Source of the DNA: Amphiscolops sp. MND2022
Lineage: Eukaryota
Direction of reading: 5' to 3'
Length of the DNA stretch: 60,000 nucleotides
Assembly (NCBI GenBank): GCA_964187785.1
Contig: OZ076409.1
Location: 35,714,001 to 35,774,000, forward strand
A program made the position numbers and the translations under genes. Position 1 is the stretch's first letter. Every line of letters begins with the position of its first letter. Under the pieces are notes generated by a model. That model ran no database searches. It was not told where the DNA came from and saw only the letters and a list, made by a program, of their open reading frames with translations. Positions 22,101 to 35,100 of the stretch are shown one piece after another.

Positions 22101-25100
22101 TCAAAAATCAAATTTTTTTGGAAGTTTTGCTAATTTCGGTCTGAATTTGAAGATTTTTCTCAAAACAAATTGCATTTATCTCTTCAAAGAAGCCTCTTGG
22201 ACAACGATTTTTTTCCTTGTTGAACGTTTTCAACTTTCTAAGCTTGCAAGTGTCACAAAACTTTGACAAAAATTGCATAAAAACAAATCTGATTTTTGGA
22301 ATTTTTCTCAAATTCGGTCTCAATTTGAGGCATTTTCTAATTGAAAACTTGCATTTCTTTCTTCGAAAACACCTCTTAGATAACAAAGTTTCCCTTCTGA
22401 ACGTTTTCAACATTCTAAGCCACGAAATCTATAGAAAATTTGACAAAAATTGCATGAAAACGGTAAAAATCAAAAAGTTTCAATTTTTACTATTTTTGGG
22501 TCATTCTGGGGTCAACCAAAAAAATCCAAAAATCTCTACAAATACATACCGAATGATACTAATTTTACGTCAGTTGAATTCTATGGGTGAAACGCTTTAG
22601 CTTGGATATAAATTTGATGCTTGGCAAATTTTGTAAAAAAAACCCGTTCGATTTAAATATTTTCCTTTTTCATATGCAATATGGACGGAAAATAAAAATG
22701 AACCTTTCCAGCAATCTTTGGACGTTTTAGCCAAGAAATCTAGATGTCGGAACAATAGTCCTGATGTTCAGCTCCAGAGGCATTTATTGAAGTTTCCTGT
22801 TCTGTAAACTTATTAAAGCCCACATTTTTTCCCACCCACTCTTTTCTGGAAACATGTACCACGATAACAAAGTACCGCCAGTACCAAAAAGCAATTTGTT
22901 GTAGTTTTCATCTAATTTGCATTCGTTACTGTATGCAAACTAAATGATTATGATAACGATAAATTCGCACGCACTACTACTTCAATGTTCCCAAAACCGG
23001 ACCATGTGTCTTATCCCCCAATCCCGGATACACCTTGTTTCTTCTTTCACCCCAACACAAAAGCATCTTTTATGCTTGAAAAAACTTTACAGGCGAATGA
23101 AAAATTGATAGAATGAATACTTAGAGGATTGTCTCAATAGTTGTTGTTTCGATACTTGAAGCAAAAAACTATTCGAAGTTTTGATATTTTTCTGACAAGA
23201 AAAGAAAAAATACACCTCTGGAACAAGCTAAAATTGTATAGGAAAGCCCCTATTATAACCGAAAATTTCTCTGCCATAACTTAAAATGAGCAACTTTCAA
23301 CTGTAAATTAATATAAAAGATAGGATTATGTCGACATCAATTATTCAATTCGTCCAAAATTTCAGCGAAACGATGTCGACATAATGGTATTTGTACTTTG
23401 TTCTTTATCCCCCCCCCCGGACGGCTTAGGGGGAAATAAGACACATGGTCCCCAAAAACCTAGGCCTTATTTCCGCTCCCTATTTCAAACTACATCAGCA
23501 GTGCTTAACTTTTTGGTGTTGATTCCGTTTCACATGAATCATGGTGAAAAATATTGTGTCCACGCGCGGTTTTAAGCATACTTTACTGCTCACATTTCAA
23601 TAACGCTCAAGATATTTGCGACAGTGAGGATAATTTAACAAGAAGTATCTCCGAGTAACATGAATGCATTCATGAGAACCTTAAAGTATACAAATTCCGA
23701 AGGATTTCGAATAGATTCCACTAGAATAGATTCCATAGTCATTGTTCCACTTGTTGTAACACTTTTCTAGTTCATGAAAACATTAATTTGGGGCTAATGA
23801 GGCATCTTACACCATTGTCAACACTCAGACTGTCGATGGCTATTATTAATGATCTTAGACAGATAATGTCAAATAGTTTCGAGTAAATTTACACTAACTT
23901 GTCACAATAAAAGCCACAGTTTGTGAATTCAGACAAGCGTGATCGAAAACTCATAAAACTCCGAAAATGTATTCAGATGCTTGCCATTCAAAGTACGGCC
24001 GGAAAAGTCGATTATACCGAAACATGAATGAGCAGTTGTTTCCCCATGCGCAAAAAACTGAAACTACCCAATTTGGAAGTCTATTCAAGGCTTCAGTAGC
24101 TCAAAATGTGAAACTACTTGCTACAGTGGAAAAATAGCAGTTCAATATCACTTCAGCTTTAGCAGAAATTATAAACTGGCAGATTATTAAAGAAATTAAA
24201 AGAGGAAATTTCCACAGGATTACTTTCTGATGATTTTTAAGATGTTCTTCATAAGGATTAACTCTCAAAACTGACTACTCGTCCCAGTATTTTTCAAAAC
24301 ACTACGCCGCTTTCTCATTTTTCAAAAACTTTGTTTAACATTCTTGAATTGTTGAGGATAAAAATTGATAACTTGTTTATTGAAGGTTTGATATTTGTAA
24401 CATTTTAGATGTATTATAATTAGCACTTTCATTTCTAGTGAACCCAGCAACTACTCAAACTGCAGACACAAACAAGATGATCCTAATTTTCCGAAACGGC
24501 GTTTTTTCAGACTGCACACGAATGCCATATCAAAAATTTAAGTTGATGGCAAAGCTATTGAAATGAGTTCAAATGAAGAAAATTAAACATATATTTCGAA
24601 AGAACATATTTATTCCATTCAAATGTCGAATGACATCGTTGAAGTAACTCAGCTTGGAACATTTGTGGAGAATCTTGAATACCCAGATTAGAGATCTTCG
24701 ATTTAACTGATTTACCGCAAATGTTGTCATTCAAGGTTACCTCCAAGTGGTAGCAATTTTTGAATAGCACCAAAAATGATCCGTTCATCTCACGTGAAAA
24801 CAAAACCCTCATGGCTTTAGCAAAGATAGAAGCTAGCTTGATATTTTTCTGTCTTTTATACTGTTCCTTCCATTTATTTACATTTTGATATTCCTATGCA
24901 TCTAAATAAATAAACTTTCCTCATCATCTGCTTTTACGCATTTGAAGTTAATAAATACCAAGAAAAATACGACTATTATACTATCGAAAAAGTTATCCAT
25001 CAAATCAAGCTTGCTTCGATTGAATGAGTTAGCTTTTGGATTTACTAAGATTGTCATCAACACTATAGTTCTGCAAATTTTGATATTAGATTAGGCGAAT

Positions 25101-25355
25101 AAAACAAAATTAAGCAAGTAATTGAAACGAAATAACTTCAAAAATAGGCTTCTAAACGATTTATAGATGGAAAATATTGGACAATATATTCATCTGTAGT
25201 TTATCATGAAAGGGAGGAGCTTGTAAAGTTGAACTGGACTTAGAAGCAGACAAATTAACACACTGTTAAGTTTGCTGCTTCTGACGCACCCAAAAAGAAC
25301 AAAGATGGATTAACCAACGCAAACAATAACAAAAAGATCACGAACAAAAGTTACG
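18174..25355. repeat. Near-identical direct tandem duplication, 2 x ~3.59 kb (18174-21764 and 21766-25355)
   Basis: ORF track repeats at offsets 3592 and 3591 (18516/22108, 20964/24555); only about four differences seen by eye. Confidence 0.97.
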
Positions 25356-25895
25356 CCAAGAATACTTTTCAGAACTTTTCTTCCCATCGTAAACTTGGCA
25401 CTAGTTTTTGAAAAGCAGTCGTAAGGAAATTGAAGACTAAGTATATAACACATCCTTGAAAGCAAATTCACTAGGATTTTAAAAATATATATTAGTTGCA
25501 ATCTAGTGTCACAGGGGGATATTGATTGCAGGGGTGGTTACATGTCGAAATCTCCCAAGTTAAAATCTCTTGAGTCACAACCTCCTAAATGAAAGGAAGT
25601 AAAAAAAATGATATGACGCGGTCTTCCTCCCCCCGGGGCGCTTTGCGCTCCTCCACGTGGGTCTTCGTCAAAACCAGCCGTTGGGCCAGTCGCTCCGCTT
25701 GGCTTCTGCATTTAAGGAACTAGCGGTATGTGAACGTAGCAAATCACGAGTCCCTAATTTAGGAGAATTTATCTTGATACCCGCAGAGGTGTCATTCAAG
25801 ATTTCAAGATAAATGAGCACGTTCAAAATTCACTGTCAGAAGTTACATAGGACCCACCGGTTAAGAGACACTAGGTTGATAAAATTGGACAACGC

Positions 25896-25901
25896 TTTAT
25901 T
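25896..25901 (-). terminator. Candidate GALNT polyadenylation signal AATAAA
   Basis: AATAAA on the minus strand about 100 nt after the TGA. Confidence 0.55.
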
Positions 25902-25999
25902 TCATTATTGATGTGAAAATTTTCCAATTTCAGAAACAAGGAAGTGTAAATATTGGATGAGAGAAACAAGATTGAGAAGATAGTAGAATGAAATCACAA

Positions 26000-26143
26000 T
26001 CACTCAAGCTTTCGATATTTTGGTATGGCAGCCACCAATGTGAATTTTTGACTAGGAAGGTCTTCACAAACTTCCAATTTCAGATTCGACTCCCCGTCGG
26101 TTGTTAGACACTTCTGTGATGTTCTGTGTACAAAACAGCCCGT
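26000..26143 (-). CDS. GALNT: GALNT exon 10 (lectin gamma, stop)
   Basis: [14 protein letters not shown]...[12 protein letters not shown]...KLE*; ttttcag| acceptor. Confidence 0.88.
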   Translation of the reverse strand, partial: TGCFVHRTSQKCLTTDGESNLKLEVCEDLPSQKFTLVAAIPKYRKLE

Positions 26144-29100
26144 CTGAAAAATACAAAAACTTTGTCATTGATTTTTAACTACAGACTATATGATTTGAAA
26201 CTAGTTCAACCAGAAACCATTCAAAAATTTTTTTAAATGCCACTAGTGAAACGTCGGTAGTCCTGGGTAGATCATCATCAGAAGACCCTCTAAGAGGTCT
26301 CAGCTACAAGACCATTGTCCAGTTAACCAAACTTTTTATACGATGAAAATAAATGACAGTTTAGTAGTCTAACCTCAGGGTCCTGGGTCCATTCAATGTC
26401 TTTCTGAGGTGCATGTTGGCATTTTGTCATGATAATACTGTTATCCAATCGTTTACCATGTAAACAAAGATCGTCATGTCTAATTTTGTGATCATTTGTA
26501 TAGGCCCAGATCTAAAACAATTCAAAATTCATCTTTTATATTCTTTCTGTCAAGCGACAATCATCTTTCATATGAACAGAGCCATGACACAACACAGAAA
26601 ATGATTGTTCCCATTCAACTTTCAAGAAACTAACTTCTCTATAAGTTAGTTTCTTGAAAGTTGTAATTAAATTTAAAAAGATCCATCCCAAGATCCTTCT
26701 GATAAAGAAAACCTTCCCATTTAACCTTTTGGTGATCATTCTGATATGAAAACTCCCATGTCTCCCGAATCACATGATACGATTAGGCTTTTAAAAAGTC
26801 ATCATTTGAGCGTTAACAGATTTCTTCAACTAGTTGTTCTTAATGGAGAAAAAAGAAATATTAACAAGTTGCAAGATCCATATACCCTTCGCAAAATCCT
26901 TCACAGGCACATAAAAAATATGGTAAAGCTGGAACCAATTTTCGTTGAACATGTGATCTGAAGATGCGATACAATCGACAAAAATGACAAATTGAGTTTC
27001 AAATTTTCAAAACGATGAAATAGAATTTTAAGCACCATTGTCTTAATAAAATTCTTTCACAGAAGATCTGGAGAACTTCCTTAGAAGAACAACTTGCTGT
27101 TTGCTCAACTTTCAACTAACCATTGTTTTTTGAAATTGCGGTTCCTATAAAATGTATCTTCAATTCGACGGAGCAGCTAGTTTGTTGAGACAAAAACCAT
27201 TTTCGACTTAGAAGAATCTTTACCTGATTTCCACCTTGGCTGTGACAAAAGGAGTAGCCGGCTTTAGCTCCGTCATTGCGTGCCATTGTGTCCAGACATT
27301 CTCTGTTCTGGTTCTTGATCTGGCCAAAGTTGTGCATGTCCAAGTTGAACTGGGATGCAGGCCAGATATTGTCCAAGTACCACTTGAAGGGTTTACATTG
27401 CAGCTTTTCCTTCAGTTTTAGTCTCTCACTGATATCACCCATATCCAAATGCCTTACCGCTGAAAAATCATTTTCTACAGAAGCTCTTAGAACAAAACCA
27501 TCTTTCTTGATGGCTAACGCTTCAGCATAAATGAAAAACGGAGGAAAATTTTTTTAAATGTAAAACGACGTTCAACAACAAAATCTGTAGATTTATTGAC
27601 GCAATAAGCTACACTTAGCGTTTTGGAAAACTCTTAGTGTCCATTGAAACCTTCAGTTGTCTCATTGACAACTCAATTCAATGAATATTCATTCAAATTA
27701 TAGCTGTTGACAACAAACAAACCGATATGAAGCATCAATGTGGTAAGCAGATAAAAGGATACATTTTTCTGTGTGAAAGGAGAGCGAAAGTGCGACTAAA
27801 TGCAAAACGAGAATTACGTCTGAAGCGAAGTCATTCTGATTCTCTACCCTGAGATATTGCATTTTAGATGTTATTCCTTTAGACGGTATTCTCGAAACCT
27901 TTAAACGTGATTCGCTCCCCTATCTAGGCGTCAAATGCAAAACTTCAATTTCTTCAATTACAAGCCACGGAACAACAAAATTTCAATTTTCTGCTTTTAA
28001 TTATGGTAGCAACGACTGTTTTTAGGACTCGAGCGTAACTGGTACACAACAAAAAAGTTAAACTGATTTAGACTTTTTTGGTTCGTTTTAGGCACTTTCT
28101 ATTTTAAACTTCGGGTTTCTCCATTAAAGCGTATGCAAAGAAAGTTATTGTTTTGCCTTTGAACTCTGTGGATATTCAAATCCATGAAGGTATATAAAAA
28201 TTGTACAAAACGGCAGCAAATTTTCGCATTTTAGGGGCATTGAAGCACTTTTCAAATGTCTCAAGTATATATCCAACAAAATTAACTTTTCACAGTTAAA
28301 TTCTGTGGAAGAACCTCTATCTCTTGAGCGTTATATTTGAACATGAAAACGGCTGAGAGATCAATGTTTTCCACCTTTTCCTTAGAAAATATGCGCGGAA
28401 AATGAATAGCCTCCGCTCTATTTATGGCGGCGGCAAAAATGCTTTAGGAGTTGCTTCAATTCGTCAGCCCAATTAAGTCAAGGCAAATATATAAAAAAAC
28501 TATTCATTTGACAAACTACGTCAACCTTGGTATTGAAAAACAAGTATGGCTTCTAGTATAAATAATGTATTCCTAATGAAGTCACTTGAGAAGTTACAAG
28601 GAATTGATCGCGTTATACCATACGGCGCACCATGAGATCGGGTTTTGTTGCATTTTTCTCCAAGAAAGAGGAAAGCAGCGAGCTATCTCGTCACTTTTTG
28701 CTTTAATTTTCATCATTAAACTAATTGATTACGATTTGCATTCGAAAATTAATCTATAAGAGGGCGGGTGTGTAACACCTAGTAGGTGGCCCATGTGACT
28801 TCATAACTGTTACCTGGATTCAACTGATACCATATCTCCTTGTACTCGTCCATCCAGACCTCGGCCAGTCTCTTGGTGTTTTTGTTGATGACTTTAGTGG
28901 TTCCTCCGGGGAATACATAAGGCGTTTGTTTTCGGAACACGTGGCCCACGTGCGAACATGGCGATATCAACAGCCGCCCACCACATAGCCATACCTACAC
29001 AGAAAAGCTTTCATCGCTAAAAACATTTCATTGTCAACCGATCAATTGATACTTTACACTACAAAGATCACGTGGATGGAGAAATCTTCTGTAATTATCT

Positions 29101-32100
29101 TCCGAATTTTTCAAAGTCATTTTTCACGAATTCTGACGTGTCTTAAGTGAATTAATTCGTCCCACCAGCATTTTACAGTGGATCCCGGATAAAATCAACG
29201 CCAGCGGAAGGACTGATGAAGTTTCTCATAACTCACATTTGCGGATTTCATAAGGAATTCAATTGGTTGGTAGTCGGGGCTAAAATACGCATTGACTACA
29301 AGCATTGTGAGACTTTAGCGCGGCAGGGGCTCGCGCTAGCGAGCCCCGGCGCGCCACTCGGTTCATTGTTTGAGTATGTAATTTTTTCGATTTTTTTTTT
29401 CAAATTTCGAGTACTGTAAAAGAGAATACTTGACACTTGGAAGTCTTTTTGCTATTTTTGAGCCTTGGATATGGCGCCGACTTGGGCCGGTCCCGGCTTG
29501 TTTCATCAAAAAATTGGTGTGACAAGTATTTCAATAGCAGTCTGGAGTTAACACTTTACAGAATCATGAAGCATGGTATACACCTATTGGAAGAGCGTTC
29601 AAAAATTATCAAGACTGGAAAACTTGAAAAAAATAGTGTGAGGAAAAACATGAGATACCGCCATATAAATATCCTTTACTTGGCTTTTTTAAAAGGAAAC
29701 CGCGTGAAGTGAATTCAGTCACGCATGAGTTGCATTTGAAGTGACACTTTGGAGATTAGGAAATACGGATTCATTGGACACTTTCATTTACAGCGGTCAT
29801 TACTACTGTGGATATTATCAGTGAATCATTTATGCAATGTTTTCGAAAAAAAATGAAAGAATCGAACTTTTAAAAATTGACATTTGTACTGTAGCCGTAA
29901 TGGAAAACTGCATCAGTGATTTTTTAAAGATCAACAGCGGTTTAAATTGGAACATTCATTGGCAAGCAAAACAAAATGACCAAATCCATCAAAACACTAA
30001 TTTAATGGAGCTCCTTAATCCTACAGAATATTAGCTAATTTTGGAGTGAAACAATGCAACTTCACATTGGAATCATGATGACGTACTCTGAAAGATATTT
30101 CCAAGTTTTCGGCTCCCCACACGTCCATACCGGCATCGTATGTTCCAATCTCTTCGAAGTAGTCTTTCCTTATGGCAAAAAGGCCACCAGCCATAGTTGG
30201 GGTTCTGAAACACTTAGCTATCAACATAAAGATGTGCTAAATCTTGCCAAAATTGATATGGGCTTACGTCACAGAATTATTTGACACGAATGAACTCAAA
30301 ACACAAATAAAATCATGCTTGGCTCCTTTTTACATGCATATCGTGACAATTACCATGCATCAAAGAAACAACCGATTTTATTAAACTCTGTTCCTATGTG
30401 TTCCCATCGATGCTCTCTAAAACTTATTCAATATTATTATTTGCAATTTTAGTTTCTTTCAATAACGAAACTCTGATTTTGATACTACTCACTGCATAAA
30501 AACAGCCGATAAAATTCACAATTTGAATGCAAGGTTCTTTATGAAGCCAAAAACATCTACTATATCATGCGTTGAGTTAATCAACAGTATGATGAGAACG
30601 TACAATTGCATAACAGTAACAAAACATGTTATTTTATTAACCCATTTGACATGTCATGGATCGGTGAAATCTAGTTGTACTAACTACGTTACACTTTCAC
30701 ATTTGAAACCCGAGTGACGGATGTGACACCCTGTGATGTGGCACAACCCCACCCCCGCTTTGACCTCGAATATTTGACATACCAAGACTCCAATGTGATA
30801 ACATGAACGCCACGAAATATGTACAAATCTCTACTCTTTGCAACATTGTTTTGAAGGTCAAACATGGTCTCATTTGTGTTTTAGTTCAACCTATTTTTCA
30901 AAGAGAAACCATTCCAACCCCAATTCAATGAACTTCAAACTGATTCTTTCAAAGGTTTTACAGGAAGTTGGCATGAATCTTGTAATGCCCATCCAAATGA
31001 CCACGATGATTGCCGAATTTCACTGAGACATTTCTCAATGAGGGCAATCCGCAGTAAACGTTTTCTATCTTTCAGGGTTGAGAAAGCCATTGATCGAAGT
31101 CGCAGAGAAAGAGGAAGGAATGGTTGCCGGGGAATGAGCATGATATGACATGGTGTTTTGGGCTTGATAGAAGCTACTACTAACTTGACGGGGTCACTGG
31201 GATCCCCAGTTTGCATGGATTTGAGTAAGGTAGTCCACGTGAAAGAAAGCTTCCAGGTGAAACTGCCCAACACTGTATTCACAAACTGGTACTTGAAGCT
31301 CTGCTCGTTAATTACATCAATAACTGGACTAATTACGGTAGCTCTAGAACAAGCAATTAGCATCTCATTAGCAGCGCCCAGGCACACAAGGCAGCAGAAG
31401 CAGATTAATTAATGTATGTACTCATCAAAACAGGCAGTTGTCAATCGCATAAGGCACAGGCAGGCAGGACTGTTCAAAAACACTTCTAAACCTTTTGAAT
31501 GACAACAAAATTGAATACATGAATGATAAAAATGATTGAAAAATGTAGTAGAAACGTTATCACGCTTGTCATCTCAATTTATCATGTGTGCTGCATGTTT
31601 TTGAATTTTACAGGCACGTTTTACCTCAGCTCGTTATATTTACCATTTGAAACTGGTGGCCTGTTTTTTGACATTTAAGTATCAAACAATTATCAACCGA
31701 ACAGTACGGCACTTGAACTAATTCAGAATTTGACCACGGATTTGAAAATTTCATAACTATACATCGTTTGTTATAATGAAGCAAGTTCCTCTGTTTGATC
31801 TTGACCATGATCAGAGGGTATTAAGAATTGAGAAAAATTAAACGCTGAAGATTGATGGGTTTCAGTCGCACTTTTGCAAGTCCTTAAGTTGGCAATTAGA
31901 ATCACTTATATTGCAGCTTTGCAAGTTTTATGGATACTAAAGATGGACAAAATATTGTTCGGTACCAGAGTCGAAGAAAAGTAAGGTGGGACTGGTTAGA
32001 AGCTTGGAAAAATCGCCTATTTTTTTATCGGAGATCGCATCTTGACATATTAACATTCAGCAAGACTATCTGATAAAACAAAAACGGTATAAAAAACTAG

Positions 32101-35100
32101 TGGAATGTTTGGAATTGAATTCCATGCATGCATCCAACTGATGGCACTTAATGTTTTAACCCCCTGACCATGGTTGTGAATAGAGGTGACTGAGAAGTGA
32201 ACAGGCCTGCATACAGGACAAGCACGAGATCCCGCTCAGGATCACATAAAAATCCGTCGAAAAGAATGAGCACAATCTGTGGTGTATTGCAAAATATAGT
32301 GCGTTGAACAAATAATAATTTTACGTAAGTCACAACTACTTCAAAACAATTACGATGCAGCTTTTATATGCTATATTAAAAAAATGAATTTAAAAACTGA
32401 AAAAGTCGGTGTGTTTTTATTTTACCAAAATCTTACTCTTCTCTTAAAATACAACTACGAACTCTGTGATATCTAAAACGTTCCCAGGAAACGGTTTCTG
32501 GGACATGATTTAAACTTATCACTGAAAGCTTATTCTTCATAATCGTAATTATTAAACTCGAAGGTTGGAGGAATTCGGTTATTTTTTTTAGATGAAAACC
32601 AAATTGACTACTTTGATGAACAAGTGTAACGACAGGCATCGTATACTGTTGAAGAAACTGGACAAATGCGCAACTGAACAGGCAAAAATATTATAAACAG
32701 CAGCAGCTGAACTAAACGTATCAGCTAAGCGCTCATGTCATCATCGCAGCCAGCCATCGTAGCGGTAGTAAATGATGCAATAAAAACAAATCAAAGAAAC
32801 CAACAATCATCTATCGAGCAGGTGTTAATGCAACGTTGGTAACTTGTAACTAGAACACGTAGTAACTGTACTGAAATGGTGGTGCTAATGAGTTAATGAT
32901 TTTTTGTTTCGGGCTTCGAGGCTCGCTTCTGACCTGACGGGTTGGGTTTGGTCTGGGAAGCGTTTGGCTTGATAGGCGGCTGGTACGTGGTACCAGCGAA
33001 ATGATAAGCGCCAGTTGAAACCACCCCAGATGTTCATACTGGCTTCCATGTACGCAAATGTCTCGTCACTTATCGTGTCAATTACAGGTGACACAACTGT
33101 CCTCCTATGATGCAGTATCACAACATTACTGATTGAGCACAAGGAAGAAAAATACCTTGAATAATCTCTGCTTTGGATGAAATCAATCTAGAATCAAAAG
33201 CGTCATTAAAAACGCATCGAAAGCATTCTTATTTAATTTCAACCCAGTTCGCTTCTGACAGTTTAACTCACTGACAAGGCAAATAATTTAAACCAGAAAA
33301 AAATCAGTACCATGAATCAGTACCTAAAGTACCATGAACAATTGACTATTATCCATATAAGAAGTATTTATTTACAGATATTACAGTAAATGATGATCCA
33401 ACAAAGGCATCATCGTCCACGGTCCAAAAAAGTACACTTTGGCTAGACGACAACAGATGATATTGAAATGACAAGATGACCTATTTAGAGGCAGTTGAAG
33501 CCAATGTAGGAAGTAGTGCAAGGCAAACGGATGATACGATGAACTTTGGCCGTCTTGTTTGGTCACAATACATCACAACATCAAATCACGACAAAAACCC
33601 AGATTCCATTTCACGTATTAACAATTACAGTAGCGTTCTAAAATATCGCAACCTCATAGCATAAAATGGCAAAATTCAAAACCAAATATCTCATAAACTG
33701 TCACGAATACAAAGTTTTGCCAGCTAGGAAAGTTTCTTAGAATTTTATCTAGTTTACAAAAATGTTTGTTTGAAATTTCTACGACCGTTACCAGAAAAGT
33801 TAGAAATTGCAAATTTTGGTAAATTTTAATTGAAATTTGAGTTTTTTCGAAAATTGAGGAACTTAGAATAATTTTTTTGGGATTTTTTTTCATTGGGAAA
33901 CTTCCTATAATCTCCCGAACCTACTGAATTGTTTTGATCGAGAATTTTTTTCAAATCAGATAAAATACACTATATTTTGTGTCTATGAGCACTGAAGTAC
34001 ATGTATTAAGATAGGCTATAAGAATTGTATTTAGAAAATTGATGATTTTTATTTGAAATCGAAAAAGTTTTCCGATCAAATTATACCAGCATCCTCAGGA
34101 GATTTAGGGACAAATGATGGACTGAAAATTTTTCAAAAATATATTTTCAACTTTGTGAAAATCCAGAAAAAGTACAAATTTGATTAAATTTCCAATTTCT
34201 AACTTTTGTAATTTTTGTCGCAGAAATTTCAAACAAACATTTTTGTAAACTAGATAAAATTCTAAGAAACTTTCCTAGCTGACACTTTTTCGTATTTGTG
34301 ACAGTTTTCAAGAAATTTGGATTTGAAATTTGCAATTTTAAGCATTGGAGTTGCGATATTTTAGAACGCTACTGTACTTCATTGCTGCTACCGATACACC
34401 GGATCATTTTTTAACAGTTTACACAAGAACGAGGAGCTTTCAATGCAAAGCTAATCGATAATGGTGGTAAAATTTGGTTAACTCAGCTTTCCCATAACTT
34501 TTAAAGAGGGACGTAGCAATGATCAAAAACGTGGTACCCACTTCCACAGCGACCGCTTGATTCCAGTTGTTTTTCCTCTGTTAGAACGAAGTAAATGCAA
34601 GTATTCGATGTGCATTATTACCTCAAGCTGCACTTTGTGGTTACAAGCAGTCACACAGAAACATGTAATTTCATAAAAAATTCCATACTCTAGATTGATA
34701 GAAGTTAATTCCCCTGAGCTAAGAAACGGACAGCGCAACAGTGACGAATATTTTGAGAAAATCTTCTCAATTGTTCGAAAGCTCTTTTTAATTTTAGACA
34801 TTACCAATAAAAGTTGCTCTTTTCACATTTTCCCTCAAATACTTATGAACTGTCAGCCAGATAAATCAATGAAAAGCATGTAAAAGCTAATGAAAAAGGC
34901 CGCATATATACTGCTGAATGAATTTTCATGGAAGTCTGATTGCAACTACGCGATTATCTCTCTCATTTCTTAGGGGAACTCAAAAGATCTTGGCCAGAAG
35001 CTATCTCGACTTTGCATTTTCCAATCGTGACTTGAAACCATCGCCTGAGAAAATAAATTCCCAAGATTGCTTGTTAATCAATTTAGAGCTTTGAACAACA

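Noticed and set aside
18516..22600. K/F/N-rich ORFs of 60-127 aa (also 3539-4515 and 37402-43036)
   Set aside because: They lie in A/T-tract repeat bodies and show low-complexity, non-protein-like composition.
25600..25720. GC-rich patch with short hairpins beyond the GALNT 3' end
   Set aside because: No identifiable RNA family or partner terminus; cannot support a call.
30935..31387. 150-aa ORF as an independent gene
   Set aside because: Only 31185-31343 is GALNT-like and splice-bounded; the rest is intron read-through.
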